NCBI RefSeq assembly: GCF_964355755.1
Contig: NC_092671.1
Location: 11,036,001 to 11,100,000 of the forward strand
From: Antedon mediterranea
Taxonomy: Eukaryota > Animalia > Echinodermata
Reading direction: 5' to 3'
Length of the DNA: 64,000 nt
Below, piece by piece: positions 12,323 through 27,300 of the stretch. Below the pieces are notes generated by a model. The model searched no databases. It saw only the letters and a list, made by a program, of their open reading frames with translations, and had not been told where the DNA came from. Made by a program: the position numbers and the translations under genes. Position 1 is the first letter of the stretch; the number at the start of each line of letters is the position of its first letter.

Positions 12323-15300
12323 ATGGCTGGACACACATGGACCTTGTTGTATCTTCTGGCAATTGTAAGTTAATTAATTTATAAGACTATCTTTGTATGT
12401 TACTTAATAATTGCAATTCCCAATATAAAAGAAGTATTAGCATTTTCCTTCCTCCTACCCGTTCACTTTCGCCGGCTACTCTTGCCTAAATGCTAGGCCT
12501 ACTATAATATTCTACAGTTAGCAGGATATCCGCCGAACTGTCCCCAGCGACACAGTCACAGCAGACAAAAGATCATCAGACACACACCCTTCAAAATCAA
12601 GGCCGTGGCCTAGGTGTAAGAGTCATTATATTTTAACGTGATCTTCTCTTTCTATAATATTTGTTACTTGATTGGAGGAATAACTTAATTTATTTAGCCT
12701 AATATTACATTCATTCAATTGATTCATTAAATTGAGATGGCTCTATCTATAATTTCGATTTTGAGTTTACTCAGCATGTGATTGTGAGTAGTACATACTT
12801 TAGTACTAGGCTAGTAGTAGGGTAGTAATAGCAGTAGTGGTATGTCTATGTTATGTTACATTATATTATATTTCAGAAACTACTGTACTTATTATTACTT
12901 GTGCAAATGCTAAAGTTTAAAACACTTATGATTCATTTTAATAACTTATACTCTGTTTTTCTTATTTATTTACTTTTTAAATTTTTTATTTTACTTATGT
13001 ATTTTTACTTCTTATTTTATATTCTTACTATGTATTAATTACTCGTCATACTTGATAATGTTTATTGTATCTTTTCTGGTGGGTAAGCCTTAAAGTTCTT
13101 TGAACTTATTTGCCCACCAGCCACACATCTTTCTTGTATATATATATGTTTATTGTTACTTAATTATCATATTCATTTTGTGTGGAAAATCAATAAAAAC
13201 AAACAAACAAACAAACAAACCTGTATGTTTAAAGAATGACCAAGTTCATTTTAATGCTAAACATCATTGACGGAAGGGGTCCAGGGCCTACAAATGTGAA
13301 ATGAAGTGCTCAAATTACCCAAATGTCCTATCTTTTGCAAAATGTTATAAATATCAACTGAACCGGCGAACTTCCCACTCTGTTTAACGTCTTCCAACAA
13401 AATTGGTTGAACGAACAAAATCTATCTACCCAGTGGCATCCTTATTTTTAAATAATGGCAGGTGCATGTTCCCCCACCCCTCTTCCTGGATCTGCATATG
13501 CTACCCCTAGTTAACCGATTCCAGCCAACGAAACGAAGTCTACTTAATTTTTTTAAATGAAATAAATATTTTATGTGTTGTCATAGTGACATGGATTTTG
13601 ATGGGTCTTATGAAATGATGATGTCATAGGAAAACATTTGTGAATTATCTAAGAAATCTCTATAGGAAGAGAGTGATTATAAGAGACAGTTGCCCAGGTT
13701 AAAACATTTTCCAGCTGGACTTATCTAATGCAGCATGAAAATATTGATTTTAATGAGCCATACCATATTGTCCCAACTGCACTGCGTTAGCAACTGTATT
13801 TGAACAATTTCAGGTTATGATTGAATTAATTCATTTAGTCTAGTCAGTACCTGTAACTTTGAGATTTAGTCTTTCTTATACTGTAATAATATTTTTATAA
13901 CACATTAATAAATTATTCATATTTTATTTCATAAATCACAAAATTCATATCTTGAGGCCTCACAGCCAAATTGCACATGATTTACAAGGCGAGAAAAATA
14001 AACCATGATGAAAGCGCATAATAATACCACGTACAATACAAATAAGCCCACCAAGGAGTTCTAATTTGCCAAAATCAATGAGTGAGGCTTTGAGCCCGGA
14101 CAATCACATCCATGTCTGTCTGCTCTGTCTGCTTTGTCAATGTGTTTTACTTTAGCTATATATAGTGGATTTGTAATGTACTGCAAGTTGAATACAATTG
14201 CAATTATTAAAGATGTATTGTCCCTTTGACTAATTCCCAAAAAAATGTTAAAAAAAGATTGGGTCATTTTGAAATATCAAAATAGTTATTAACTTTCACC
14301 AAAAAGTAGTCGGAAAAAAAATCATTTAACTGAAATACAGACGTTTAACTGTTAACTAGTAATTATTGTTTGCAAAAAATTTTCTTTTAGATAATTTTAT
14401 GTCATGGGGGGAAAAAGTCTAACAACAGGCAGCACATTGTTGACATAGATGACGTGAAAGCGTTTAAAAAGTTGCTACGTACAAGAAATAATGTTATGGT
14501 CTTGTATGCTAAAAATGGTAAGCTATTATTTTAAGAATGTATTAAAAACAGTCAGGAACAGAAATAGATTTTAAAACAGTTCAACAATGTAAATATTGTT
14601 ATAACAGTACAATTATGAATTAAGCTGTGTTGACAATTAAATTAGTGTATTTGATTGGGAAATTTCGTGGTCAACATACAGATTTTTTAGTACTTTTTGT
14701 ATTCAAATTGTAAATTGTAAAATTATTGTGCTCAACAGAAAATCACTCGAATATAAAAATGCAAGCTTTTTTCGTTGCAATCTCAATGCTCAAAATACTC
14801 TGTTAAATAATACTATAAAAAAGAAAAACTATGCTTGGCACTATAAATAATTCTATTGAATTAATTTTTGTCCCTTTTTGTTATCAGCCAAAGCAGCAAG
14901 CAATATACTTGGTGTTTATGGGGATGTAGCTGCAGAGATGAAAGGTCTTGGCACATTTGCCTTTATAGACTGTGGGTAAGTGATAATGTGTTTATTTTCA
15001 CCTGTGAAAGTATGGTCAAAGTTCAACGCAATTTGGTAACAAGGCAACATACTAAAATTATAATCCTACCACCCATGTTGTAATTATTCGTTTATGTAAC
15101 TATGGTAATAGTTTTGTTTATTTATCTAATAAGCTAGTAATCAATCTATATTGATTATTTCAGAGAGGCCAAGAAGCTGTGCAAGAAATATAAGGTTTCA
15201 CCTAGCTCATATGCCATGAAACATTATAAGTAAGTTATTTTAAAAAGTATAATAAATAATCATTATTTAGACTAGGAGGTAGTTTTACATTGCATTAAAA

Positions 15301-18300
15301 TTTTAAAATGTGTTTGTTATTAGATTATAACTTACTTAAAATATTGAGTATTATTGACTATCAATATTTGTATATTGATTTTATTTTAATTGATTATTAA
15401 TCTTATTTTTCAGAGATGGAGAATTTAATAAAGATTATGATAGAAAGGAAGTATTTAAGGTATATGTTTTTATTGGTCTGAATTCTAAAGCTCCGTCTAC
15501 ACTATTAAATATGGTAGTGATATGCCCAAATATGGTAATGATATGACATCACCATGTCCATATGTGCACATCACATTTTTATTTGTCACATAAAGTCTGA
15601 TAGTGTAGACAAAGCTTAAACAATGATAATATTTTCAAAACAAGTTTCATTTTGTTTCGAAACTCTAAAATAATGGCGTACCACTCTGGTGTATAAAGCT
15701 TACTCACACATATTTTGCTCTACTATTATAAAGATAGACTTGAATCTTTTTATTTCTAGTCTATAATCAACTTTATGAGAGACCCAACAGGAGATTCACC
15801 GTGGGATGAAGATGATGCCTCTAGAGATGTTTTACATTTGGACTCTACTCAGGTATGGGTGTCATCATTTCATAGTCATTTCCACCAGGATTTGTCTCAA
15901 TTATGTATCATGATTACTTTATTCAGTATGTAGAAGATAGAGTTACAATAGTTGTACGGTCTGTAATAACTGCATGCTACTCTGTGATTATATGTTGCCA
16001 GAACTACAAGTTGCATAATAAATAAGATGTTGATATGATTAACTACTAATTCGTTATTTCATAACTATTTAAATTATTTGTATTATTTACTGTATATATT
16101 TTACTGTGAAAATAAGTTGTTACTTTTTTTACAGCAATTAAGCAAACTTCTAGCAAAGGAAAAGAAACCAACTTTGATAATGTTTTACACCCCATGTGAG
16201 TATCTATCTGAGTATTTCTTATTGAGCACAAGTTGGATGTCATTAATATATCTTCCTTGTATTTCATTACTATGTTATTAAACTGCAACAATTGAATGTT
16301 TTTTAATGTAATAATAACAAGAATGATTACTAACCATAATATTCTAATGTTGATGATGAGTGCCATTTTACCTTTGTTTGTTCAAGGTCCAACATATTGT
16401 AGGAATTTTGTCCTATAAAGAGATTGCTACCATTAATTAATTTAGAATATAATGTAGCCAGATATTATGTTACCTGTTGATGTAGATTATTTACTAATTA
16501 TATAGACAGTTTAAGTTGTATTGCCTATTTTAATTTTATGTGTATTCAATAACAAATTAATTTTTAATAGTATACCATTTTGTGAACTTATGAATAGAAA
16601 TTTATCTGGTTGATACTAGTTTTAAACCAACTTGTTCTGGTTGGTAATTGTTACAGTACAGTAGGTCTTAAAGCATCAATTTTAATTAATTAATCTTGAT
16701 ACATATTCTAAGATATGAATAAATCTAGAAAGATAGCAATGCTTGCAGGTATATCAATAATAAAATCGCATTTGGCTGCAAGCATTATTATTTCCAGGGT
16801 TGTATAAAATTGCTATTGTACACTTCAATAAATACACATGAATTAAACTAGTTATTGCTTCACCTGCCTATCTTCCCGTTCTTTGTCTGCTTTGCGCTCA
16901 TTTTCAACATTGATTCTGAATTATAGAATTCTTACATCATTTGGTCTATTAGATATACTTCATTTATTCTATTAATAAGATTTAATTAGCCTAGACTTAC
17001 AGAGATTGCGGATGTAGACAGAATGACTTGAAAGCTACCGTTTCTTTACAGAATTTAATCACTATGTTTATGTGTTTACATTTTATCTTCAGGGTGTGGT
17101 CACTGCAAAAAGATGAAGCCTGAATTTGCTAGTGCTGCCACAGAATTATTAGGGGATGCAGTAAGTGAATTTTGATAATGTACTGTAATGTAAACTCAAT
17201 TATTATATGAATTTGAATTCAATTTTATATTATATTAAAATGATTATATTACTGGTGACTTTCACAGTATAATACATAAATACAACCTTAATTTTGATGG
17301 TGATTTTGCTTATTTTGCTAGGTTTTAGCTGGAATGGATGTTGATAGGCCAGAGAATTACCAATCAAGAACATCATTCAATATAACAGGCTTTCCAACTA
17401 TTATTTACTTTGAGTAAAGTACACCTTTTGTAGTCAGAATCCAAAATCTAAGGATTTTTACCTCGAATATCACCATGATAAATGTCATGTCTTTTTCATT
17501 ATAAAGAAGTTTATAAAGCTTAAAGTAACATCCTGAAAAATGTTATTTTGATTATAAATGTATTTGTAGTTTTTTACCTTTTAATGTAGAGATTTACTAA
17601 GCACTATTTACTCTAAAACACAATAACTATACACCATGCTTTTTCTATAATGATAATACAAATCCATATATTTAGATGAACATATTTCCATATTATTAAC
17701 ACCTATATAAATTCCTGTCATTTGATTGGACGAATGTGGGTCACATGGCGTGCAATAGTACGCACTATTCAACGATCGTTAAATAGTACTTTTTGAAACA
17801 TTTTTGTGTACGAAAAAAAAACGTCTAGATGCTATATAAAACAAATAATGAATGTTTTGTATTCGTGTAATGGTACAAATAATGGCACTTGGTGAATGAT
17901 GAAAGGTTATATCAACTCGGCTTTGCCTCGTTGATATAACCTTTCATCATTCACCTCGTGCCATTATTTGTACCATTGCACTCATAAACATTCATTATTT
18001 GTATATTATTACATCTTTATATTATACCTACTGTATGTATCACAACACCTATTATTTTTTTTAAGAAATGGAAAGAGAAAATTAGATTATGGCGGTGAAA
18101 GAAATAAAGATGGAATTATAGCTTGGATGGCAGAGTAAGAGTAACGTTTAATATGATATTTAAGGAAACAATTAAACACTTTATTGTATATAACCTTTGT
18201 ACCTTTCCATATGGTCACTTCCTTGAACAGATTAGTGTTAGAATCATCCACATGTAACAAGATGATCAATATGTTAGCATATTCTATTATTTGAAGTAGG

Positions 18301-21300
18301 GCAATTCAAATCAAGTTCTTTTTAAAAAAATGGATTGATTCCCAATTAAACACTCAAATTAAATAATTTAGTAGTAATGTAAAATTTCTCGTAATCTTAG
18401 TTAAAACTACTTCAAACTTTTTTTGACTACACTATTATTTTTGGTAAAAAATCATATATAACAATAATTAAAATTGATTATTTGGGTCATAATTGTATTG
18501 TAGTTTTGATCAAAAAATTGCTTGATCTTCATTTCAGTAATTCTAAAAGCCTTCAATCAAAAATTAACACTGTAGTTTGTAATCTTATTGACCTTTTTTA
18601 ACCTATTCAGTCCACAGCCACCCAAGGAACCAGAAAAGGAACAGGAATGGGCTGATGAAGAAACAGATGTGGTACATCTAAAGGACGACACTTTTGATGA
18701 CTACCTGGCAACCCATAGCTCAGTCATGGTCATGTTTTATGCACCTTGTAAGTAACTTACTTTTGCATCACTAACCACATTGTCTCACATTTACAGTTGG
18801 GTTAATTTTGGTTTTCAATAGAAAAAAAAATAGGTTCAAGTACTATGGCCTTATTAATTATCAATTAGATACAGTTTCAGTCTTGAATGAGTATCTCTTT
18901 CCCTTATGTGCATAATTCTGCAGAACCAACTTTATATTCATTGACCACATTAGTTTCTGATATTTTGATGTAGTTTTTATATGTTGTTTATTTATTGATA
19001 ACATCCTTTAATACAGGGTGTGGACATTGTAAGAAGATGAAACCAGAATATGCCGATGCAGCAGCAGAACTTAAAGAACAAGAGGTATAAGAATATATAA
19101 TATGTCAATCAGTTCAATTATTCAACCTCACATTCAGTTTTAGTCCAGGAGCTTATGTCGAAAAAAAGGCACTTGTAGGCTTTTGATGTTAATTGTCGGC
19201 ACCAACGTTTTTCTGACTCAGAATTTTTCGCTGAACAAGAAAAACTTTGGTGCCATTTTTTTCGACCATGGCAAGTGGCCGCCATTTTGATTTTCAAGAT
19301 GGCGGACTAACTTTAACAAAACTGATCATGTGTGGTATCATTGGAAAGGGAATTAAATACTGATCATTTATTTCCATTACACCCATACCCCAAAATGCAT
19401 AGCAACAGAGATAATCGCAATTACATTATGTCATGTGACCAAAATGAGGTCAAAGGTCAAATTTCGACAACTTATAAATACCATTGTGTTTGGTATCAAC
19501 GGAAAGCTTTTTTTATACTTAGTACAGCTGTACATATAGTTTTTACATTCATCACACCATTTTCTAGAAAGTTTAAATTTTGTATATAAATAATATAGCT
19601 AATACACCTTATTTCAAGTTTAAAATAAGTTAGTTTATTAGTGTAACAATGTGTTAAAGCCCTACGACCTAAGTGTTTTCGACCTAATTTAAGGTCACAA
19701 ACTACATTTTATGTAAAAATAAATACTATATGATCCTATTTCGATAACTTTTTTCGTCTTTAAACTGTTCAAAATGTGAAAAATAAGTTGATTCTAATAA
19801 TAATATTTTAATCGGCCCGCTAAATCCCACAAGGCATTGATATTTTCGTGTTGATATGGATGCACGGCCAGTTTCGGTCGGTGATCGTCAAAACAAATAA
19901 GAGAACCATAACTTTTTGGCGAAAATACCAGGTCTGCCCCAATTTGTATTAACGGATTCTGCCAAAAAAGGAAAGAAAATTATTTCAGCAATGAGACAAC
20001 GTCATGATAAGCATATAGCAAGCGTACGATGTTCGTACGTTACCGTTATCTTTTAATCTTAATTAACCTTAGAACGTACATTTAAGACAATATGACCTGG
20101 TTTATTGTTTTTAAAATTATATATTATACATTATTTTTACAAAACGACAACAATTGCAGGTTTTGGGGATTTAACATACAAAATGACTATCAGATGTATT
20201 GTATAAATGAAGCCTATACAGTATGCCACCATGTATAGTCAGGGGCGGACACAGGGTGTTGCAACACCCTTAATTTCATACTAAATGTTTTTTGCCAATA
20301 AATTAAAATTTAGATCCCATTTCATCATATATAAGAGCCTATATGTAAATTGACAGACCGCAGCGTACAATTGACCAGCAGTCAACAATACCGCGCACAT
20401 ATTATGTAGATAATTATGTTTGTGAACATGCTCAGAATGAATTTCTGACTGTTTAGTAGAATGCTTGTGCATCATGCGAAGGTACTGTATATCTTCATTT
20501 CCCATGCCCGTAATATTGGACCAAAATTCCGTAATAATTATGGACGTTCCGAACTTTGAAATAACAATGTTAAAATTGCTTCTTTCTGCAAATTTCAATT
20601 TTTTCTTTTCTGGAGTGTGGTTTAAGTAACACTGTTGTACAGTTTATAGTAGATAAATTAAATTTATTTTTGGAAATTGTGGTTTTACTGACTTATTTAG
20701 CATTTATTTCAAAATATTTTTTATCTAACTGGTTTTATCCTATAGTCGCGTAGTGTGTGTTACCGGCGGAAAAAATATGCGGTATACGCCGATCAGTATT
20801 GCTGTTTGCTACTGTAGCCCGATATCGAGTTTCATTTCGGGCGGTGAACTAGAGCTGCCATTTATCGTGAATTTTACGTGTGAGAGTACCATGCTAGGGG
20901 TGTCATTTAACCATGGGGGCCTGTGGCGCATATGCTCAGTACCGACAGCCCTGGATTCTTGGGCAACCCTATTCAAATGGTCCTGCTACCGCCCCTAATA
21001 GTACTTCAGAACTACCAGTGGATATATAAAATATACCAAGATAATAACATTATCTTTCAATTCAAGATAATAACATTTCCATATCTGACGTGACCATGTC
21101 TAAACTGACATTCAATATTGTGTATTGGGTACACTTAGCTAACCTAGTCAAATTTCAACATCGCTTTCCTCTGAATCAGAGGCGGTAGATGGGTCAGTGT
21201 TTTCACATATTAATTTAATTTTGTTAAACAATATCGGGCTACAGTAACAAACAGCAATACTGATCGTATACCGCATATTTTTTCTGCCGGTAACACACAC

Positions 21301-24300
21301 TACGCGACTATGGAATAAAAACAAGTTAGATAAAAATATTTTGGAAAAAATGCTAAATAAGTCAATAAAACCACAATTTCCAAAAATAAATTTCATTTAT
21401 CCCCTATAAACTGTACAACAGTGTTGCTTAAACCACACTCCAGAAAAAAAAATATCGAAATTTGCAGAAAAAAGCAATTTTATTTTATTTATTTTATTTC
21501 ACATCCAAACAGCGAAAAATTGCCAATTACAGGATGCATTAAAACTCTTTAGATATAAATATAGAATTAAAAGCACATAAAAATACAAAACATGAAACAT
21601 ACAAAATGGCAAACTTAAATCGATTTAAGAATTTTAGACCTAAATTTAGACAAAGTGTCAAAAAAATATCGATAGTTTTATCCTTATAGAAATTGAATTA
21701 AAACGCTTGGATAATCTTTGAATGAAACCATTTTTGGTTACGTTGACTCGACAACAGGCAAGAGAAAATAAGTCGGTGTTGCGAGAGTTTGGTCGACTAA
21801 TTTTGAGAGAAAAAAATAATAAAATATTGCATTTAAAAAGGGAGTTGAAGCATTAACACTGTTTAACACTGTTATTTCAAAGTTGGGAACGTCCATAATT
21901 ATTACGGAATTTTGGCCCAATATTACGGACATGGGAAATGAAGATATACCTTCGCATGATGCACAAGCAATCTAAACAGTCAGAAATTCATTCTGAGCAT
22001 GTTCACAAACATAATTATCTACATATATATCTGTGCGCGGTATTGTTGACTGCTGGTTAATTGTACGCTGCGGTCTGTCAATTTACATATAAAAAGTTTA
22101 TGGTTCTCTTATTTGTTTTCATGATGGCTGACCGAAGATGGCCGACCGAAACTGGTCGTGCATCCATATCAACATGAAAATATCAATCCTCGCACGATGC
22201 CTTGTGGGATTTACATCGGGCCGATTAAATTATTAGAATCAACATATTTTTCACATTTTGAACAGTTTAAAAACGATAAAAGTTATCGAAATAGGATCAT
22301 ATAGTATTTATTTTTACATAAAATGTAGTTTGTGACCTTAAATTAGGTCGAAAAAACATAGGTTGTAAGGCTTAACATATCGTTACAGTAATAAACTCAC
22401 TTATTTTAAACTTGAAATAAGTTGTTAGCTATATTATTTATAGACAAAATTTAAAATTTCTAGAAAATGGTGTGATGAATGTAAAAACTATATGTACAGC
22501 TGTACTAAGTATAAAAAAAGCTTTCCGTCGATACCAAACACAATGGTATTCATAAGTGGTCGAAATTTGACCTTTGACCTCATTTTGATCACATGACATA
22601 ATGTAATTGTGATTATCTTTGTTGCTATGCATTTTGGGGTATGGGTGTAATGGCAATAAATGATCAGTATTGTATTCCCTTTCCAATGATACCACACATG
22701 ATCAGTTTTGTTAAAGTTAGTCCGCCATCTTGAAAATCAAAATGGCGGCCACTTGCCATGGACGAAAAAAATGGCACCAAAGTTTTTCTTGTTCAGAGGA
22801 AAATTCTGAGTCAGAAAAACGTTGGTGCCGACAATTAACATCAAAAGCCTACAAAATGACATAAGCCCCTGGACTATTTATAATTTTTAAAATTAGAATG
22901 TAAATAACCAAGATAGCTTATGTCTTTTGTTCAGATTGAAGCTACACTAGCAGCAGTTGATGCCACAAAAGAACCAAAGGTTGCCAAGCGCTTTGGTGTC
23001 AAAGGTTACCCAACAGTTAAATATTTCAAGTAGGTTTGATTAAATAATAATTACTGGATTCATCATTAAAAAAACTGATACATAACTTTAATCTATTATA
23101 TAATTATAACAAAGACGACTAAAAACCCTAATGTAGTAATTCAATATTTGCATGTTATAGAAATTTTCGATATTTGATAAGCTGATTGTTTTATTTATTT
23201 GAGTTTATGTTTAAACACACAAACATTATCCACATGTCTGCATTTATACTAATCAAATGCTAACCCAGACATTTGTAAAGCATTATTAAAGAGGCTGTAT
23301 ATAAAAATGGTATGAACCAAACCTCAATAAATAAATTAAATTTTTTTTGCTTTTTGCAGAGATGGAGAGTTTGCTTGGGATTTCAGTGAAAGAACATCAG
23401 ATAAATTCGTAGAGCACATGAAAGAGTGAGAACCTTTATTTTTTAATCTGATAATGTAACGGATATTCAGGAGCAGATCTAGGAAGTAGTACTAATTGCG
23501 TGGACCCTGTTTTGACAGCTAAAATGAAATTATTTTTATTACTTTTGATGTCTACTTTTGACAGACTATTCATTTTAGTGCTCCCCTGTTTAAAAGTTCA
23601 TGGATCCGCTTCCCCCCTGATATTTATTTAGAAATGATGTATTTTATTTGTATCATAAATTAATGTATCAATTGACATATTTTAGTTCAATTATTATTAC
23701 TTTTATTTATAGGAGAACATTTTTTTAAAACTGTATTATTTATACTGTAGTATAGTTATTAAATGTTATTATATTACAGTCCTCAGGAGCCTCCTCCACC
23801 ACCACCCCCTGAACCAGCATGGAGTGAAGAAGAGAGTGCTGTGGATCACTTGGGCAACGATAATTTTAAAAACGTCATGAAGAAGAAGAAACATGCTCTT
23901 GTCATGTTTTATGCTCCATGTAAGTTTTATTATATTGTAGGGCCTAGTTTAGTTTTTTAATTATATAAATCAGAACATTGAACAACTCTATTCAATGTTG
24001 TGAATGCTAAAGCTCTGTCTAGACTATCAAACTTTATGTGACCAAAAAAATGTGTTGTGCCTATAATCGATGTCTATGTTTATATATGGACACGAAATCC
24101 TATTTCTTTCTCTCTGTCTACCTACCTTCACTACTACTGACTTAGAGTGAAATGCACTGTTTAGAATCATCTCTTGGTTAAATTTAACCAATAGTTCTTT
24201 TCACATTCTTAACTGAATTGAAATACATTTTTTTTTCAGGGTGTGGTCATTGTAAGAAAGCAAAGCCAGAATTTCAACAAGCTGCGGCTAAATTTGAAGA

Positions 24301-27300
24301 TAACTCCAAGGCAAGTCATTTTAGCTAAACAATTGTTCAAGTGGCTGATTTTAAAATTACAGTCTTCCCTGCACAGTAGTTTATTTTGGGTTAATGTGGT
24401 TTTGTGGGAAACCCAAGAGTCCTTGTTCAAATCCTGGTACAGTAGAACCTGTGTTTTACGTACCCTGATTTTACGTTCCCTCGATTTTACGTACGCTTAA
24501 AATAACCGATGATGTCATCATTTTCTTACATTGAGGGCGCAATTTAACAACAACAAAGCACACACAAAGCCACAATCATGGCCGGCTGTGTGAGGAATTC
24601 TGCTGTGTGTGGGACAAGCTACGCACGTGCATTCCCCCTAAAGCAGTGACTGTTTTTATTGATAGAAAACAATTATATTTTACACTTTATTTAAACATCG
24701 CACAGCCTGTATATACTGTACTTTTCTAGTTAGGCCTCGCATCTTGCTAGGCCTGCTATCCTAGCCTGAATAGTCTAGGGCCTAGTAGGCCTAGCTAGTG
24801 ACCACCTCAGCCTGCATACTGTACAGAAGTAGGCAAATACTGCTATTAGCTACGATGTCTACGTATTTGGGGTCAATTTAAGGTCAACCTTGATTTTACG
24901 AATCCCTTGTTTTAAGTACGCCTTTCGGTCCCGTACCGTACGTAAAATGAAGGTTCTACTGTACTATCTGATTTCTTTGCCCAAAAACAGTGAGATTATT
25001 GAGACATATATATCATGTGTTAATTGTCATTGGTTATTATGTTAATTAAATCATAATCGCTTGATTTTCCCCAATTTTTTTACATGGTTTCCTACAAATA
25101 TTTTTGGTATAGTTAAGTTTGTGGTACATCGTGTGTTTCCAAAAGGAAATTAAGTGACATTTTCAATACTTTATTTTGCAAGTACATGGTATACAGCAAA
25201 ATGTAAGCGTTTATTTTCCATATAAACAATATTATATATTGTTTCAATAGGTTTCATTTGCAGCAGTAGATTGTACAGAAGCAAAGGATGTCTGTAGCCA
25301 ATTTGAGGTTTCTGGATACCCAAGCATCAAGTTCTTCAATTATGGGAAATTAACTCAGGACTACCAAGGTGGAAGAACAGTAAGCTCAACCATTATAACT
25401 TTTTCTAATTACCACAAACTATTCCTAACACACCAAGTCATACAAGTGATATGTTTTGGGTATATTGTAATTTTGTTTTCTGTTTTATAATTTTAGGAGG
25501 TAGACTTCACTAGCTTTATGCAGGCACAAGTCGACCCTTTGAGTGCACCTACACCTGAACCACCAGCACCCAAGGCATTCTGGACAAGTCTTGAGGGTGG
25601 GGATAATGTTATTATGGTGGGAGCTGCAAACTTTGAAGAAGTTGTATCTACATATACCAATGTACTTATAATGTTTTATGCACCTTGTAAGTAAAATACC
25701 TTTTGTATTTTATATTTGTTGTATGTTTATATGACCTAATCAAATCCTAGTATGGTAGTTATTTGTAGAGAGTATGAACATGTAGTAGAGGATTGCAGAT
25801 ATTATTATAAATTGTATTTTTAGTAGATTTAATTTGAGTCCATTTGATTTTACAGGGTGTGGGCATTGTAAGAAAATGAAGCCTGATTTTGTAGAGGCTG
25901 CCAGCAGGTTGAAGGACCTTCAGGTATTTTATTAATGACTATGTAAAAATATAAAAATATATACAACATGTAACAGAATCGATAATGGATTTAGATTCCC
26001 TCTAAATCTCTCATAGAGTATACATTCTAGAATTTGAATAATTTGTATGCTTTGTTTTTGACTATCAAACTTTATTTACCAATTTTAAAGGTCAATGCAG
26101 CGTTTGGGGCATCAGATGCAACATTGGAAAAGATTTTAGCTGATAACAATGACGTCATGGGTTATCCTACGTGTAAGTATTTAAACTTAAAATCATTACA
26201 ATATATTAGATTTAGTTGATGCGATAAAGACTGATTAATCTCGATACTTATCACTGAATTCTTTTAAAATTGAATGAATGAATTTAAACCCAATAACATT
26301 CTGATAATTAATGTATACATGTCATAGTTTTTGTTGCTATATTACTGTATCTATTTTTGTAACTATAAGCCACATTCTTGATGCATATATTAATCACATT
26401 ATTTTTTTTTTCTTTCAGTGGTATTTTACCAGTAAGTAAATTTTTTTTAGTATGTATATCAAAAATCAAAATTGTCATTTTTTAATTAATAATAAAACAA
26501 TCTACATTTAATTATTATACCCAACATTTGGAACAGTTTACCAAGTCACATTAAACATTTAAAGGCACTATATTAAAAAAAATGTTACGATACTAATTGA
26601 TGTGAAGCGCCGCTGATTATAATTAAATGTTGTATAAATGTGCGCTATACAAGTAATAATAATAATAATAATTTTCATTTTAGAAATGGAAAAAAACAAT
26701 ATACATATACAGGAGGTAGATCAACACAAGAATTGTTAGATTTTATGCAAGAGTAAGTAAATTTGTATACTTTTATATTCTGAAATTGTAGCTTTCCATT
26801 GAGGTTTTAATACACGATTCCTAAGCTCTGTTTACACTACCAAACTTATGTGACAAAAAATGTGATGCCCATATATGGACATGATGATGTCATATCACTA
26901 CCATATTTGGGTGCATCACACTTTGTTTTGTCAAACTGCTAGCATCAATCCTGTGATTGCTCTGCTGCAGCGAGTCTTGTAGCGAGTCTAACTAACCCAA
27001 TCATAAAGTAAATTTTAATATTTTGAAATGTACTGTAATTCTACTACTTTCAGTATAAGAATATTTATGCAAATCTTCAATATTTTTATTTTCAGTCCAA
27101 AACCATCCACACCTTCAAAAGTAGACCCTAAATGGTATGATATCCCCAGTGCTGTCAACCATCTATCTACAGCCAATTTTGAGACATTTATAGCAGCCAC
27201 TGATAATGTGCTTATCATGTTCTACACACCATGGTGTGGACATTGCAAGGCAGCTAAGCCTGCTTTCCAGGATGCAGCCGAGGAGCTTAAGAATGAGACA

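Noticed and set aside
12737-12783. Signal-peptide-like MALSIISILSLLSM followed by a GTGAGT donor as PDIA5 exon 1, or as a selenocysteine TGA
   Set aside because: In-frame TGA and wrong phase for the 14391 acceptor; exon 12323-12364 fits phase and resembles the human N-terminus. At most a decayed alternative first exon.
19332-22697. Mirror-image 85-aa ORFs and other short ORFs in the fold-back arms
   Set aside because: By-products of the inverted repeat; no recognisable domains and mostly non-ATG starts
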